The notes below the pieces were generated by a model. That model ran no database searches. It had not been told where the DNA came from and was given only the letters and a program-made list of their open reading frames with translations. The translations under genes were made by a program, and so were the position numbers. Below, in pieces: positions 1 through 14,100 of a DNA stretch of 64,000 bases (within the stretch, counting starts at the first letter, position 1; each line of letters begins with the position of its first letter). This DNA comes from Paraspadella gotoi. Lineage: Eukaryota; Animalia; Chaetognatha. Location of the stretch: contig CM119267.1 in assembly GCA_051294375.1 (NCBI GenBank), positions 367,523 to 431,522 of the forward strand, given 5' to 3'.

Positions 1-239
1 TTGGAAATAAGAAAAATGAAATAAAACAAGCAGAAGAAAAAAAAATAGATAAAATATAAGAAAAACGAAGAAAAGCACAGAAAAGACAAAAAGGATGAAA
101 GCCAAGAAGAAACCCCGAAAAACAGAATGCGTAAACAGAGGCGGATAAATAAAAATTTCTAATTATGTCCTTATGATAACGTAGAAACGAATCGAAGTGG
201 AAAAAAAATCGAAACAGGTCCGATATTTTGTCAGACTTT

Positions 240-1200
240 GTGGTTTTTTGAGCTCACTTTCTCATTTGTGTGATCGCTTCTCTTTGTGAGATTCCACTTG
301 CTCTGTGGTAGGCGATCACTTTTTCGGTTGTGGCGTATGCAACTTTTCTTTGTGCGATCAGCTTCTCTATTGTGAGATCACTTGTCTGTGGTGGCGATCA
401 CTTTCGTTGTTAGCGATCAACTTTTCTTGTGCTTTATCGCTTGCTCTTTGTGAGATCACTTTGTCTTGTGGGTGGGCGATCACTTTCTCGGTTGTGCGAT
501 CAGCTTTTCTGATTGTGCGATCGCTTCTCTTTTGTGAGATCAACTTGTCTGTCGGTGCGATCAACTTTTCGGTTGTGGCGACTCAACTTTTCCTTTGTGC
601 GATAAGCTTTCTCTTGTGTGAGATCACTTGTCTGTGGTGGCGATCACGTTTCGTTGTGCGAATCAACTTTTCCTTATGTGCGATCGAGCTTTCTTCTTTT
701 GTGAGATCACTGTGTACTCTGTGGTGCAATCACTTTTCGGTATGTGGCGATCACTTTTCTTTGTGGCGATTGCGCTTATCTCTTATGTGAGATCACTTTG
801 TCTGTGGTGCGATCCCTGTTCGGATTGTGCGATCACTTTTCTTTGTGCGATCGCCTTCCTCTTTGTGAGATTCACTTGTCTGTGGTGGCGATCACATTTT
901 CGGTTGTGGGCGATTCACTCTTTGCTTTTGTTGCGATCGGCTTTCTTCTTATGTGGAGATCACTTGTCTGTGGTGCGATCACTCTTGCGGTTGTGCGAAC
1001 TCACGTATTCTTTGTGCGATTCGCTTCTACTTTGTGAGAATCACTCTGTCTGTGGGTGGCGATCACCTTTTTCGTTTCTGCGAATCACTTTTCTTTGTGC
1101 GATCAGCTTTCTCTAGTGAGATCACTATCTCTGTTAGTGGCGATCACATGTTCTACTGTTGTGGCGATCACATTCTACCTTTGTGTGATCACTATCCTTT
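240..1200. repeat. Tandem satellite, ~80-85 bp unit built from four ~20 bp GATC-cored subunits
   Basis: TGTGAGATCA recurs at ~371, 449, 533, 617, 700, 786, 864, 952, 1032 and 1116, with GCGATCAC subrepeats between. Confidence 0.85.
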
Positions 1201-1268
1201 TTCAGTTTCAAGTTTTTTTACTTTAATTTTTTTTAATTCCGCTATCAGTTTATTTCATAAGTTAATGT

Positions 1269-1440
1269 TTAGAGAAAACAAAGTTTGTTTGTTTGTAAAC
1301 AACGATTTTATTCACATTGGACATGTTTCGGCTCTTGCCTTCAAGCCTTCATCAACGCTGATGAAGGCTTGAAGGCAAGAGCCGAAACATGTCCAATGTG
1401 AATAAAATCGTTGTTTACAAACAAACTTTGTTTTCTCTAA
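1269..1440. repeat. Near-perfect long inverted repeat (82-bp arms, 4-nt loop), Penelope-like terminal inversion
   Basis: 1269-1354 is the reverse complement of 1359-1440 except for one extra GTTT in the left arm; loop ACGC at 1355-1358. Confidence 0.9.
1358..1393 (+). ncRNA. Minimal type-I hammerhead ribozyme core (PLE-type); stem I apparently lost
   Basis: CTGATGA (1358-1364), stem II GGCT...AGCC, GAAA (1384-1387), palindromic ACATGT stem III, GTC cleavage triplet ending at 1393, AATAAA at 1401. Confidence 0.65.
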
Positions 1441-1772
1441 CTAATTAAACACAACGAAAAAGAAAGGAAATAATATAAAGTTAATATTTATATTAGTTCC
1501 TTAATTTCGGGCCATATATTCTCAAATAAATTAATCAATATCGGATTCTGCTTTTAGCCTTTTACCATCTATGACTAAATGACTATGCATCTATTTTCCA
1601 TCATTTCCCCTCAAATTTCCGGGTTTTTTTCTCTTTCTACTTTTCCGCTTCTAAGTCTTTTTCCACTTCAGCGTTTCGCTTTTCTCCAGACGATGACAAC
1701 AACAACAACAACAACGAATCTGACGGACAAAAGTCGAAAAACGAATCAGATTTCTTTTGTGTCGACGACGCA

Positions 1773-1805
<33 letters not shown>

Positions 1806-2036
1806 AACGACCATATTTTCTCATTCCAAAGAATCAAAAACCGGAAAATCCGGTTGCACGAGACTTAAATGGTCAATTTCTCATGGATGAACTGATCCAT
1901 GGAATAAAGGGGACAAATTCTGGGAGTAGAAAATAGTTGTAATGTGAAAATGGGATTGAGGACAAAATATATATATCTATATATTAGTCTTAATTTAATT
2001 TAATTGGTGCTGACATTTTAACGCACAAAGTTTATA

Positions 2037-2083
<47 letters not shown>

Positions 2084-2207
2084 CTCTTCTCTCTCTCTAC
2101 TGCCTATGTTTGGCAAACTAATTCAAGCGGAGTTTCTCTGTTGTGGTTGCATAAAAACCAAAACACTTTGAAATCGCGCTTATGCTCTCAACTTCTCTTA
2201 TGTTCTT

Positions 2208-2247
<40 letters not shown>

Positions 2248-2252
2248 CTTAT

Positions 2253-2286
<34 letters not shown>

Positions 2287-3402
2287 ATCTCTCTCTNNNN
2301 NNNNNNNNNNNNNNNNNNNNNNNNNNNNNNNNNNNNNNNNNNNNNNNNNNNNNNNNNNNNNNNNNNNNNNNNNNNNNNNNNNNNNNNNNNNNNNNNNNNN
2401 NNNNNNNNNNNNNNNNNNNNNNNNNNNNNNNNNNNNNNNNNNNNNNNNNNNNNNNNNNNNNNNNNNNNNNNNTTTTTTAAAACGACGACAATTTTACAAA
2501 CGAAAGACAAATGTATTTTCTAAATGTTTGTTATTGTTGTTGTTGTCGTTTTTTTTTTNNNNNNNNNNNNNNNNNNNNNNNNNNNNNNNNNNNNNNNNNN
2601 NNNNNNNNNNNNNNNNNNNNNNNNNNNNNNNNNNNNNNNNNNNNNNNNNNNNNNNNNNNNNNNNNNNNNNNNNNNNNNNNNNNNNNNNNNNNNNNNNNNN
2701 NNNNNNNNNNNNNNNNNNNNNNNNNNNNNNNNNNNNNNNNNNNNNNNNNNNNNNNNNNNNNNNNNNNNNNNNNNNNNNNNNNNNNNNNNNNNNNNNNNNN
2801 NNNNNNNNNNNNNNNNNNNNNNNNNNNNNNNNNNNNNNNNNNNNNNNNNNNNNNNNNNNNNNNNNNNNNNNNNNNNNNNNNNNNNNNNNNNNNNNNNNNN
2901 NNNNNNNNNNNNNNNNNNNNNNNNNNNNNNNNNNNNNNNNNNNNNNNNNNNNNNNNNNNNNNNNNNNNNNNNNNNNNNNNNNNNNNNNNNNNNNNNNNNN
3001 NNNNNNNNNNNNNNNNNNNNNNNNNNNNNNNNNNNNNNNNNNTCTCTCTCTCTCCCGCTAACAGCGACTGAGAAAGAGATTAAAAAACTCTGGTTCGAAG
3101 GTTAGTCTCGGAGTTCAAAGTTTAAAGTTAGTTTAGTTCAAAATGAACTCGAAAGAGTTAAAAAAAGGTGCGAATCATTTGGTTGATAATGAATAAAAGA
3201 GAATTGACTCTCTCTCTCTCTCTCTCATGGCATTTTTGAAGTGAGCGAATCAATGAAATAATAGGTTTGAATTGCGTCATACGCTTAATATGCGTAGGTC
3301 TTAATAATCGAGGTTCAAAGGGAAATCGAAAGAGTTCAAATGGTTTGGAGGGAATTCAATTCCTCAAAGTCTTAAGGTTTTGTTTGTTTCCAAAGGTTAA
3401 GA

Positions 3403-3454
<52 letters not shown>

Positions 3455-6400
3455 GAAAAAGTTTCTTCCATCAAAGAAGTGATTTTTTTCCTTCGGTTCT
3501 TTTTCCGTCCTGNNNNNNNNNNAGTCGATCTGTCCATCGGTCTGTCGATTGGTCGGTCCATCGGTTGCTCGGTCGGTCAGTCGATCTGTCTGTCTATCTG
3601 TCGGTCGATCTATCGGTCTGTTGGTCTGTCGGCCTGTCTCTTTATCGGTTCCAAATGGGAAAAGGGTCGATCCTTTTCTGGCCTAAATTTTTACTCCTAA
3701 GCCCAAAGACTTTTTTTGGCCTCAGCTTTTAAATTGTCCTATGGCAAAGTGGTCACACCCATTGGTGAATTCCTTGTTTCCTGTTTCATACGGAGGAATG
3801 ATCCTGATCTGGTTTCTGCAATATTGGCCTCATAACCTCACCATAAATCCATGTTCTTGGCCTCAAATCCTGGCCGCTCATCTGCGTTTTTGGCCTTCGA
3901 TCTTGGCCTAAAAATGGAGTCGTTGGCATCGAAAGTCTTTGTCCTTTGAACTGGAATGATTTCAGTCAATGACTCGTGGTTTAACCTTTTGGCCGTTGGT
4001 GGCGGAAAAGACGACGACGATGACGNNNNNNNNNNNNNNNNNNNNNNNNNNNNNNNNNNNNNNNNNNNNNNNNNNNNNNNNNNNNNNNNNNNNNNNNNNN
4101 NNNNNNNNNNNNNNNNNNNNNNNNNNNNNNNNNNNNNNNNNNNNNNNNNNNNNNNNNNNNNNNNNNNNNNNNNNNNNNNNNNNNNNNNNNNNNNNNNNNN
4201 NNNNNNNNNNNNNNNNNNNNNNNNNNNNNNNNNNNNNNNNNNNNNNNNNNNNNNNNNNNNNNNNNNNNNNNNNNNNNNNNNNNNCGCCGCCGCCGCCGCC
4301 GCCGCCGCTCCGGCGCCGAGTTTCTGGACCCAACGCGCGACAAAAGACGATTATGGGTTCAGAGGCGGCAGCGGCGGCAGCGGCAGCGGCAGCGGNNNNN
4401 NNNNNNNNNNNNNNNNNNNNNNNNNNNNNNNNNNNNNNNNNNNNNNNNNNNNNNNNNNNNNNNNNNNNNNNNNNNNNNNNNNNNNNNNNNNNNNNNNNNN
4501 NNNNNNNNNNNNNNNNNNNNNNNNNNNNNNNNNNNNNNNNNNNNNNNNNNNNNNNNNNNNNNNNNNNNNNNNNNNNNNNNNNNNNNNNNNNNNNNNNNNN
4601 NNNNNNNNNNNNNNNNNNNNNNNNNNNNNNNNNNNNNNNNNNNNNNNNNNNNNNNNNNNNNTTTTTAGTACAAGTGCCATCGTCGCGATTTAGCGAGACG
4701 GAAGAAAACGGACCATATAGACTCGTCGTCGTCGTCGTCGTCGTCGTCATTGTCGTGGTCAACATCGTCGTCATTTTCGTCGTCGTCGTTGTTGTTGTCT
4801 CATTTTCGTCGTTGTCATTGTTGTCGTCATTTTCATCGTTCGTCGTCATTATCGCATTGCTCAACATCGTCGTCATCGTTGTCGACATTTCGTCGTCGTC
4901 GCGTCATTTTGTCGTCGTCCTCTTTGTCGTTGTCGTCATTTTCGTCGTCGTCCTCTTGTCGTGTCGTCATTTTCGTCGTCGTCGTCGTCGTCATTTTCGT
5001 CGTCGGTTAATGACACCAACGGTAATGGTTTTCATCCTTCAAGTTGCCCATTTCTATTCTCTTCACTTTTTTCTTCTATTTTTTTCCTATTCCCTATCTA
5101 TCTTTCACCTCTCTCCTCCCTTCCTCTCTTTCCTTTCTCCTCCCTTCCTCCCTTACTCTCTTTCACTTCCTCTCTCCTCCCTTCCTCTCTTTCCTTTCTC
5201 CTCCCTTTCTCTCTTTCCTCTCTTTCACTTCCTCTCTCCTCCCTTCCTCTCTTTCTCTCCCAACTTTTCTTTCAGAGCCCTTGTTCTTTTTTTTAACCTT
5301 CTAAACTTCTCTTTTTTACTCTTTTCCTTCTTTATTCTCTTTTTCATCTTCTCTACTTCTCTTTTTTTAATTATCTGCTCCTCCTATCTTTTCTGTCCTC
5401 CGATGCCGAACGCCAAAGATGACCTAATGATGGATGACGTGGGAGAGGAAGAGGGAGAGAAGGAGGAAGAGGGTAAGGAGGAGGAAGAAGAGTAAGAGGA
5501 GGAAGAAAGAGAGAGGCAGGAAGAGTAGGAGGAAAAGGGAAAGGAGGAAGGAAGGAAGAAGGAGATAGAGAGGAGTAGGAAGAGGAGGAAGAGAAGGAGA
5601 GAGGGAGGAAGATAAGGAGGAAAAGAGAGAAGAAGAAGAGGAAGAGAAGGAGGAAGAAGGAGAGAGGGAGGAAGACAAAAAGGCAAATGAATTGAGAGAA
5701 AAGGAAGCTGAATAGCTAAGGGCAAGGGAGAAGTTTAGGGCAAAGGACAACTTTGCCGCACGAGAGAATTGACGTACGGCTCAGTAACGATTCTTATACT
5801 TATAGTTAATGTTTTAATTGTCGCAATTTTGAGCATTAGCCATTACAAATCAAATCTAATCCTCTTTTCTGTCTTTCTTCTCCTCTCTCTCTGTCTCTCT
5901 CTCTCTCTCTACCTGTCCTCTTCAGAAACGGCAATAGAACTTTACAATTGAGTTGACCGAGAATCCAAAATGTCATTGGCAACATGATAATTGAAAAAAT
6001 ATTTGCAGCTGTAGTGCTGCCTCAAGTGCCATAGCATGAGCACCAGGCTCTCGGATGCATCCGATGTCCTTTCCGCTATTGGCGAGGAATTCGACATAGG
6101 CAATGGGGTCAAAGAGTCCGAGTCAGGATTGAATCGCCCGCCCGCATCCGTTATTAATTAATAAGCCATTTTCTTGGTGATAATGATTTCAATGATCGTT
6201 CAATATCTCGACTTCGCTTCTGTAGTAAAGGACCGAGAATGATTGAAAGACTTATACACAGTATTTCTATAACAACAAAAGTTTTGATATACCGCACGGT
6301 TTTAAATTAGTTGCATAAATTGTGGGTTCTCCAGCCGAGTTAAGATCACCTCCTAATTCTGTTCTTAAATTCTTAGTTAAAGATGCAATTATTAGAATCG

Positions 6401-7206
6401 CGTAATCTCTTTCCTTACGTCACGCACGTCATAAAGGCCGAAGCCATTTTAAAATTAAGATAGAATTATTCAAACCCTTGAATGATGAGAACCGAATTCC
6501 AGCATTTAATGCATGGGGTAACGGTCGAGCAAGTGCCATTGCAGTGATCCAAATGCCAGGATAGAAAGCAGTCCAGAAAATGTAGAGTTCTCGAATTGTA
6601 AACATGACTAATAAAGCCGACGAGTATCCGTGTTGCAGGTAAAGCGCTTGATTTACATTGTTAATTCAACGCAAATGTAGACAGCAATTGAAGATACAAA
6701 CGGCATGAACGGGCAATTTGAAACCGGCATTACACATCCGGCTGAACGACATAGAAACCGCATCGGAACGCTGACTATCTCAAAGAAGATCAATATAAAC
6801 GAATTAATAAAAACCTATAATACAAACTTTCAAATCAAGCAAAGAAAACATTAAAACAAACCGTCTTCTACCGCTCGTATAAGCTTGAGAAACTACTAAA
6901 TATATTCTTTTACTTTTTTTCTCTCCAAAGGTAATTTCTTCACTCAGAGTACTTATAGCTAAACATTATGTAATGGCCACAAAAGACAGCAACGATTTTT
7001 GGGGAAACGTGCTGAAACACGGAAATATTTTAAACACTCTCCTAACCTCTCTCCTTTTCCTCTTCACCCTACTTTCTCTTCTTCTCTCTCCTACTTCTCC
7101 TCTCTCTCTCTCTCTCTCTCTCCTTCTCACTCTTATCTCTCTCCCTCTACTTCTTCTCTCTTTTCCTTCCTTCCTCTTTCCTCTCTCTCTCTCCTCTCTC
7201 TCTCTC

Positions 7207-7248
<42 letters not shown>

Positions 7249-7299
7249 TATCTCTCTCCTCACTCTTCTCTCTTTTCCTCTCCCTATTTTCCCTCTCCT

Positions 7300-7342
<43 letters not shown>

Positions 7343-7483
7343 TATCTCTCTCCTAACTCTCTCTANNNNNNNNNNNNNNNNNNNNNNNNNCTCTCACTCT
7401 CTCCCTTTCTTCCTCTCTCTCGTCTCTCTCTCACTCTGTATCTCTCTGCCGTAAGCTCTTCTCTCTCTTCCTGCTCCCTATCT

Positions 7484-7522
<39 letters not shown>

Positions 7523-7589
7523 TCTCCTCACTCTTATCTCTTCTCCTACTCTTTCTCTCTTTTCCCTGCTTTCCGTCCTCTCTTTTCTC

Positions 7590-7627
<38 letters not shown>

Positions 7628-7695
7628 ACTCTTATCTCTCTCCTAACTGCTTTCTCTCTTTTCCTCTCCCTATTTTGCTTCCTTCTCTCTCTCTT

Positions 7696-7726
<31 letters not shown>

Positions 7727-7770
7727 ACTCTTATCTCTCTCCTAACTCTTCTCTCTTCCTCTCCTCTGCA

Positions 7771-7813
<43 letters not shown>

Positions 7814-7859
7814 TTCTCTCTCTCTCTCTCTTCTCTCTCTTTCTTCAAATAAAACAAAT

Positions 7860-10800
7860 CAATGGAACATAATGTATTCAAACGTTAGGTTTAAAGGAAA
7901 ACGCTCAAGCATAACAGAATTATTACATGAACATAACCCTGAAATATTCTTAATAACTGAAACACAATTGCGTTGTGACAGCGGCATTGAAATAAAAGGA
8001 TACACTTTTTTTAGTAAAACCCGACAAGACAAACAAGCGGGAGTAGGAATTCTATTGAGAAATGACCCTAACAAATATCACAGCCGTTCATAATCTGAAA
8101 GAGACTTAGAAATATTGTGGATCAGTATAAGAAGGAAAAATAATAGACCTATACTGATTGGTACTACTATGGCAAACAAGAAACTAGAACATCAAAAGCA
8201 GAAATCGAACAAGAATGAACTATTAGCCGAAGAGATAACTGAAATAGCAAATGAAGGAGAAGATCTTTCTAGCGATGGACGAAATGCTAAAATTGGGATA
8301 TTAGTGAGAAGACATTAGCCGTAACGGTAAACTATTACTTGATGTCTTAAACGAAACCAATCCTTATTATCATGAATAACAACTCTAAATGTATAGGAAA
8401 AATCACAAGGAAAAAACACCAAAAACATAAATGAAATTATCAGCATTGATTTTATTGTAGTAAGTCAAAACGTATCAGAATGGATACAACAGGTGCTTAT
8501 TGACGAAGACGGTATAATGAAAATAAAGGAAAAATAAACACTGATCACAACACTATCTTACTCGTCTTAATCTAACAACATAGCCCACCCCGCAATACAA
8601 AAACCAATCACTTGGAATATCCGAGCACCACCACACAAAGTGGAATTTGTTTAAAAAAGAGTTAAACCACCGACAAAAAACAATTAAAACTATAATTACA
8701 AAAAAATCAAATGTATAAATACAAGGTATAAAAAATGGATCCGTGAAGTGAATCAGCTGCTATGAAATCTATAGGAAAAACCACTATTAAATTTAAAAAA
8801 AAGGACAATTCTCAATACGATAAAACAACTGAGAAAAGAAAAACAAAAATTAAAAAAGCTATAATAATGAAAAAGACATGAATTGAGAAAACTAAATTTT
8901 AAAAAAATTGAGAACTTGTCAAGAAAAAATAAAAGAAAACAAAATTAAACGAAAAAAAAATTAAAACTTTTACAAAAACAATTCAAAACAATCATAAGTG
9001 ACTCAACCGGTGGTTTATTTTGGAAAGAAACAAATAGCCATTACAACAGATCACATTTTAGAATGTCTCCATAACAAAAAAACAATAATGGAGAAAGATT
9101 ATACCAGCCTGAAAGAAACATGGAAAATGTAGCATCCTATTACGAAAACATATATAAAAGATGTAACGTGAGATAATCACCCATTCCCGAGAAAGTTAAA
9201 CTAAATTTCATTAAATATGATAAAAAACCGAGAATTTTGAAAGTTTAGAATTTAATAAACCACCGACACAAAGACAAATATCTGATATTATAGAAATAGA
9301 AAAAAAGGAATGGAAAAACAACACGGTTTTAAAAATGAAAGCCTTAAAATACAAACACAGAAATGACAAAAATTATTTTATCAACTTACTTTCAACAATC
9401 TGGGAAGAAGAAAAAATACCTCAAAGCTGGAATGGAAGCATTATTACCAGCGTATGTAAAGGTAAGGGCGAATAAAGAAAAAACTTGATAAACCACCGGT
9501 CCAAATACAGTTTTCATCATCCATTCAGTACAATTCTAGAAGAATTTCTTGGATCAAAAAATACAACAAATTGTCCCATCTTACCCAAGCACAAGGTGTG
9601 AGGAAAAAAAGGCCATGTCTCAACTTACGATCATGTTTTTTTTATCGATCCTTAATTTCAAATTACTTCAGAAACAAAAGAGAAAATATGTTCTTAACTT
9701 TCTATGACGTGACAAAAGCATTGATCATGCGACTACTGAGACATCGTTTAGTAATAATGTGGGAAAAGTTAAAGAGGAAAATATGGCGGAAATTCTGAAA
9801 TATTAAAATGGAAATCTTTGTGCCAGAATAAAAAACACGGCTACGGGCTAAACGTCAAAAAAATTGGAAATGGAGGAAAACAGGCTCTCGCCTTTACAAG
9901 GTAGATTAATTTCCAAGCAGCATGGATACAATTGCAAGAAGAAATCAGTATGCTTCTTAGAACATTAAAAGTCACAGCAAATTTGCAAATTGGGCTCTAC
10001 TCTGGGTTGGACGATGTTGTCCTTGTGTTAGCAAGGCTCGTCAAAAACCAAGGAAAAAGTTCTTGGAAAAATTAGACCGATTGGGCTTGCTAGACACAAA
10101 CTAGAATGGGGTCAGCAAGACAATGTATTAATGCAAATTGGGGAAAATAGTGGACAAACGAGAAAAATGGAAACTTGGAAATATAAAAATTGAAAATTGC
10201 ACTTTCATATAAAGTATCTTAGGAGATATTATAAGTAAAGATGGTTAAAAATACAGAAAAACTTAGAAAACCGGAAAGAAAAAAATTTACAAATGAACAA
10301 TCGAAAATTACACAATGTCCTCAAATGAGTTATGAAACAAATAGAGACATCTTTCTTATCGAACTTCATGAAAAGATTTAATGGTTAGGTTTACTACAAA
10401 CTCCGAACAGGACACTGAACAAAAAAAGAACAAAAGATCTTAGAACAATAGAAATAAAGCATCAAACAATTTATTTTCACTCCCACTTTCAATTACCAAC
10501 ACAGCGTAATACAGCTTCGGTCTTTTGTCACAACTTGCCGAGTTCATCTCAAACAATTGCTTTATCTCCATAAAAATCTTAAACCAAAATCAAACACATT
10601 TGTACCATTACAACTTTTTTAATCCTGTTAGATGAAATGAACATTGGATGGACCAAAAATATAAAAAGAAAAAACTGTTTTAAATATAAAATTTAAACCA
10701 CTGATTTCACTCAATAAAAATAAATCAAAAAATCAATGGAAAATCGAAGTCAAAAAAGAGATAGAAAAATTAATAAACAAAAAATTACTAGACGACTGCC

Positions 10801-11070
10801 ATAAAAATAGAAAATGGAGAAAAATAGTAAAGTCTAAAACTCTAAATCAATCATAGATACCGTTACCAAATGGAACTACAAAAAGAACCATGCAGGAACC
10901 TACTAAAATGCACAAAAACAAAACACCAGATCTCTTTTGATAGCGAGAATTAACGTATGCATAGGATGTTTGGAAAAACTTCAAAGGATCTTTAAAAGAA
11001 ATCTGTGAACAATGTAACACTTTCGATGATGAAGAACACCGTCTAAATTATTGCGTTAAATGGGAATTTA
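7860..11070 (+). mobile_element. Non-LTR retrotransposon (LINE) ORF2: APE endonuclease - RT - CCHC, many frameshifts
   Basis: YSNVR..ITETQL..GVGIL and NAKIG, IDFI, DHN (APE motifs); KGKG, FLTFYDVTKA, KQGS, LLW-VDDV (RT motifs across frameshifts); CEQC..DDEEHRLNYC near 11005-11055. Confidence 0.85.
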
Positions 11071-11149
11071 TAGACAGTCTAATAAAGTTATTAAAACTAC
11101 TATTTAAAGATTGTAAAGATATTATCGAATACATCTCATTAGAAACTTA

Positions 11150-14100
11150 GCCTAAAAGTTGATATCGGTAACTACTTTCCTGAAACACCCGATCGTGTGA
11201 AATGTTTGATTAGCATGTGCCATTTTCGGGTAGAATTAAAAACTACTGGTGATAGAGTTAATGGAAGGTTTAAGCTACTTATGATGCTTTAATGTTTTTT
11301 TCGATAAAGTTTTTCGTGTATGTTTCCTATTCGAGTCAGCATCTAGAAACAAGGGTTTCGTGCTCTTAGACAGGTTCTGAAGATATACAGATATTCTGTC
11401 CGCTTTCAAGGATTTTGTGATCGACTTGGCCGATCTTCTGAGATTTATAAATGGAATTTATAGAGGTTTGAATAGAGAAGATAAAAGATACTCTACGACA
11501 TACAATTATTGGAAGAAAATTTAATGATCTCATTGTCGACGTTTTCTAGCTTTGCATGATAATTTGCATAAAGATAAAAGAGATCGATTACGAGAACCGT
11601 CTCGATCACATAAAAAATTTTTCATACGAACTCACCTGAAGCTTGTTTTGAGTCGTCTTCTTCAAGCGGATGTCTTCGCAGCGGCGAACTCTCGCTGCCC
11701 GATCTTCTCCGGTTCGCCCGATTAAACTCATCGTCCTTACTCGGAGAAAGGCGGATAACGACGACGGACGTCGACGATATATGGACGATTTTCACTCTTT
11801 TGTCGGTAAGCCAGTAGTCGAATGCGTAAACCTTTTCGAAAATCGACCGAGAAAATTGAAAAAGAAAGAACAGGATGTGAAGGAAATGAATGGTGGCCGA
11901 TAAGAGAAATTTCTGGCAGAGTTCAAATGGGAGGATCTGAAAAAGAACTTAAGCGTTGGACCCCTTAGGCTGAGGAATTATTAAAATTATTAAAAATTTA
12001 TGTTGGGATTATCGTGGAATTCTGGCTGGCACGGTGGCGTCAGATGAGAAGAGAAAATCCGTATTTCCCCCATTAAAATTTCCACTTGTTTAAAGATCCA
12101 CCTCCTACCATACGGTAACGCTTATCGACCGGCATTGTCCCTGCAAAAGCGGAAATATTGCAGAATTATGTGAATGATGCCTTAAAGGTGAAATCATAAA
12201 GTGAAGTTCACCGACTCAAGGTACATAGCTAACCCACATATTGTCATAGCCATATACTAATCCTATCACTTGTGAAACCAAATTGAAACATCGATCTACC
12301 ATTGTATTACCGGTCTCAAAACAGCTGATTGAGGTCCCGGGCTTACCGAATTGGGTTTGATGGATGAGTTACTTGACAATTGTGTCAAAGTCAAGGTCAT
12401 ATCTACATTGGGACTGCTCGAATTATTTCTGGCAGCTCCCAATACACAAGGATCACAAGACATTGAGTGCATTTTTGCACAGTTCTAAGATCTTTGTTTT
12501 TTCTGCGGTTACGCTATGGGAAATGAAATCTGCACCGCAAGACGCTCAGGAAAGTGTCTAAATTTTATCTGCAAAAAGATGCCCCTTGCTTTGTTTCGTA
12601 TCGATATGACTACGCAGTCGCGTTATGGACCATCAGTCCCATTGGATGACCTCCCGAAGAATTTTTTGCCACTTATGAGTCAATTTTAATATGAATTTTT
12701 TAATCCTGCCTAAAGTTTCGCTTGCCTTTTCGCAGCCAAACAATTTCTAGGTATGCAGTCGTCTTATAGACTATTCATCGCATTCCTTCTCACAAAACAC
12801 GTACCTTACGGAACCTACAACCTCTCTACTGATAAAGCTACGTATGAAAATCTTCCTTGGTAGCTAAGTTGAGCATGTACCTCATAAATCTAATTTGAGG
12901 TGAGGCAAGCCAACCATTACCTGCGATGGCGAAAAGTTCTGTCCGCCTTTAATGGACTTGATGTTGAAGAAAAGGCTTTTCATCGCTGCATCGACATTCT
13001 TTTTAGGACAGCAAAACAGGGTTTTACGCGCCCTATAGAAGGTGGTGATTACGTACTGTTCACTTTGATTGCCAGTAAAAATGCTCTTGGTTCTGTCTTG
13101 TGCCAATTTGGCCAGCTGCCATCTGAACACGAGATTTTGGCTGGAGCTCCGCCGAACGACAAAAAGGATGATATCTCTTTGCAATACTTTTCTAGGCTTT
13201 TACCCTAGTGACGTCCTTCTACCAATCTATCTCAAGGAGTTGTTCTCCTCGTCAGGAGAGTTATGAAGGCATTTCCGCCACTATTAGTCGGCAGTCCTGT
13301 TCATGTATGTTTGTGGATAGCCGTATTTGTCTCCACTGGGTTAGTATGACATTTCTTAAGGAAGTGTGCAAGAGCAATGCGCCTTATCCAGGATTTCGAT
13401 ATCATGGTACGTTTTATCCCCTCCTTTCTAAATTGCAGCTGACCAACTTACGCGTCAGTTGCTTCATACGATGCGCCGGACATCCGCCTATAACCGGAAT
13501 GTTTTTTGCGACATCGTCATTTATAACTCACTAGGATGTTGTTCCAACCCTCAATCTTCTTTCTCAAGTGACAAAAAGGAAAAGCAATGAACCTATACTT
13601 TTAGGGAGGAAAAAAGGGGCCCTTTGGCTAACTTAACAATAAAGAAATAAATTTACCCTTCCCCTGAAGAGAAAATATGTTTGGGAAACGATGCCAATCA
13701 CTACTCACTATTACTGGCAAGATCAACATGTAGAACCACATGTTGGGTGATCCTTACCCCCCTGTTCCCACTTGGTGATAAAAACGGGCGTCTAACTAGA
13801 CGTTAAAACTCACGGAGCCTATATTATGTAAACGTATTGAAATTGCAGGCCCTTGCTATGTACGTTACACGACAGCCAACAGATGCATGCGCATTGCACC
13901 TGTTGCTGTTGACTTATTACATTTCTATAAACGGACTAGAGCCCCATACAAAAAAGGAAGTAAAACGAAAACGTAAATTCTGACTCCTGAAAACGATTTT
14001 GATTCTGATTTCATATGAAAAAGAGAGAGCACAAATTGTCTCTTCTTGATGAGTTACTCGCGCGGGTATTTCTGTTTTGGAGGATAAATGATGATACAAA

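Noticed and set aside
240-1200. CRISPR-like appearance of regular repeats (also 43010-43787, 62838-63263)
   Set aside because: No unique spacers, no cas genes, eukaryotic context.
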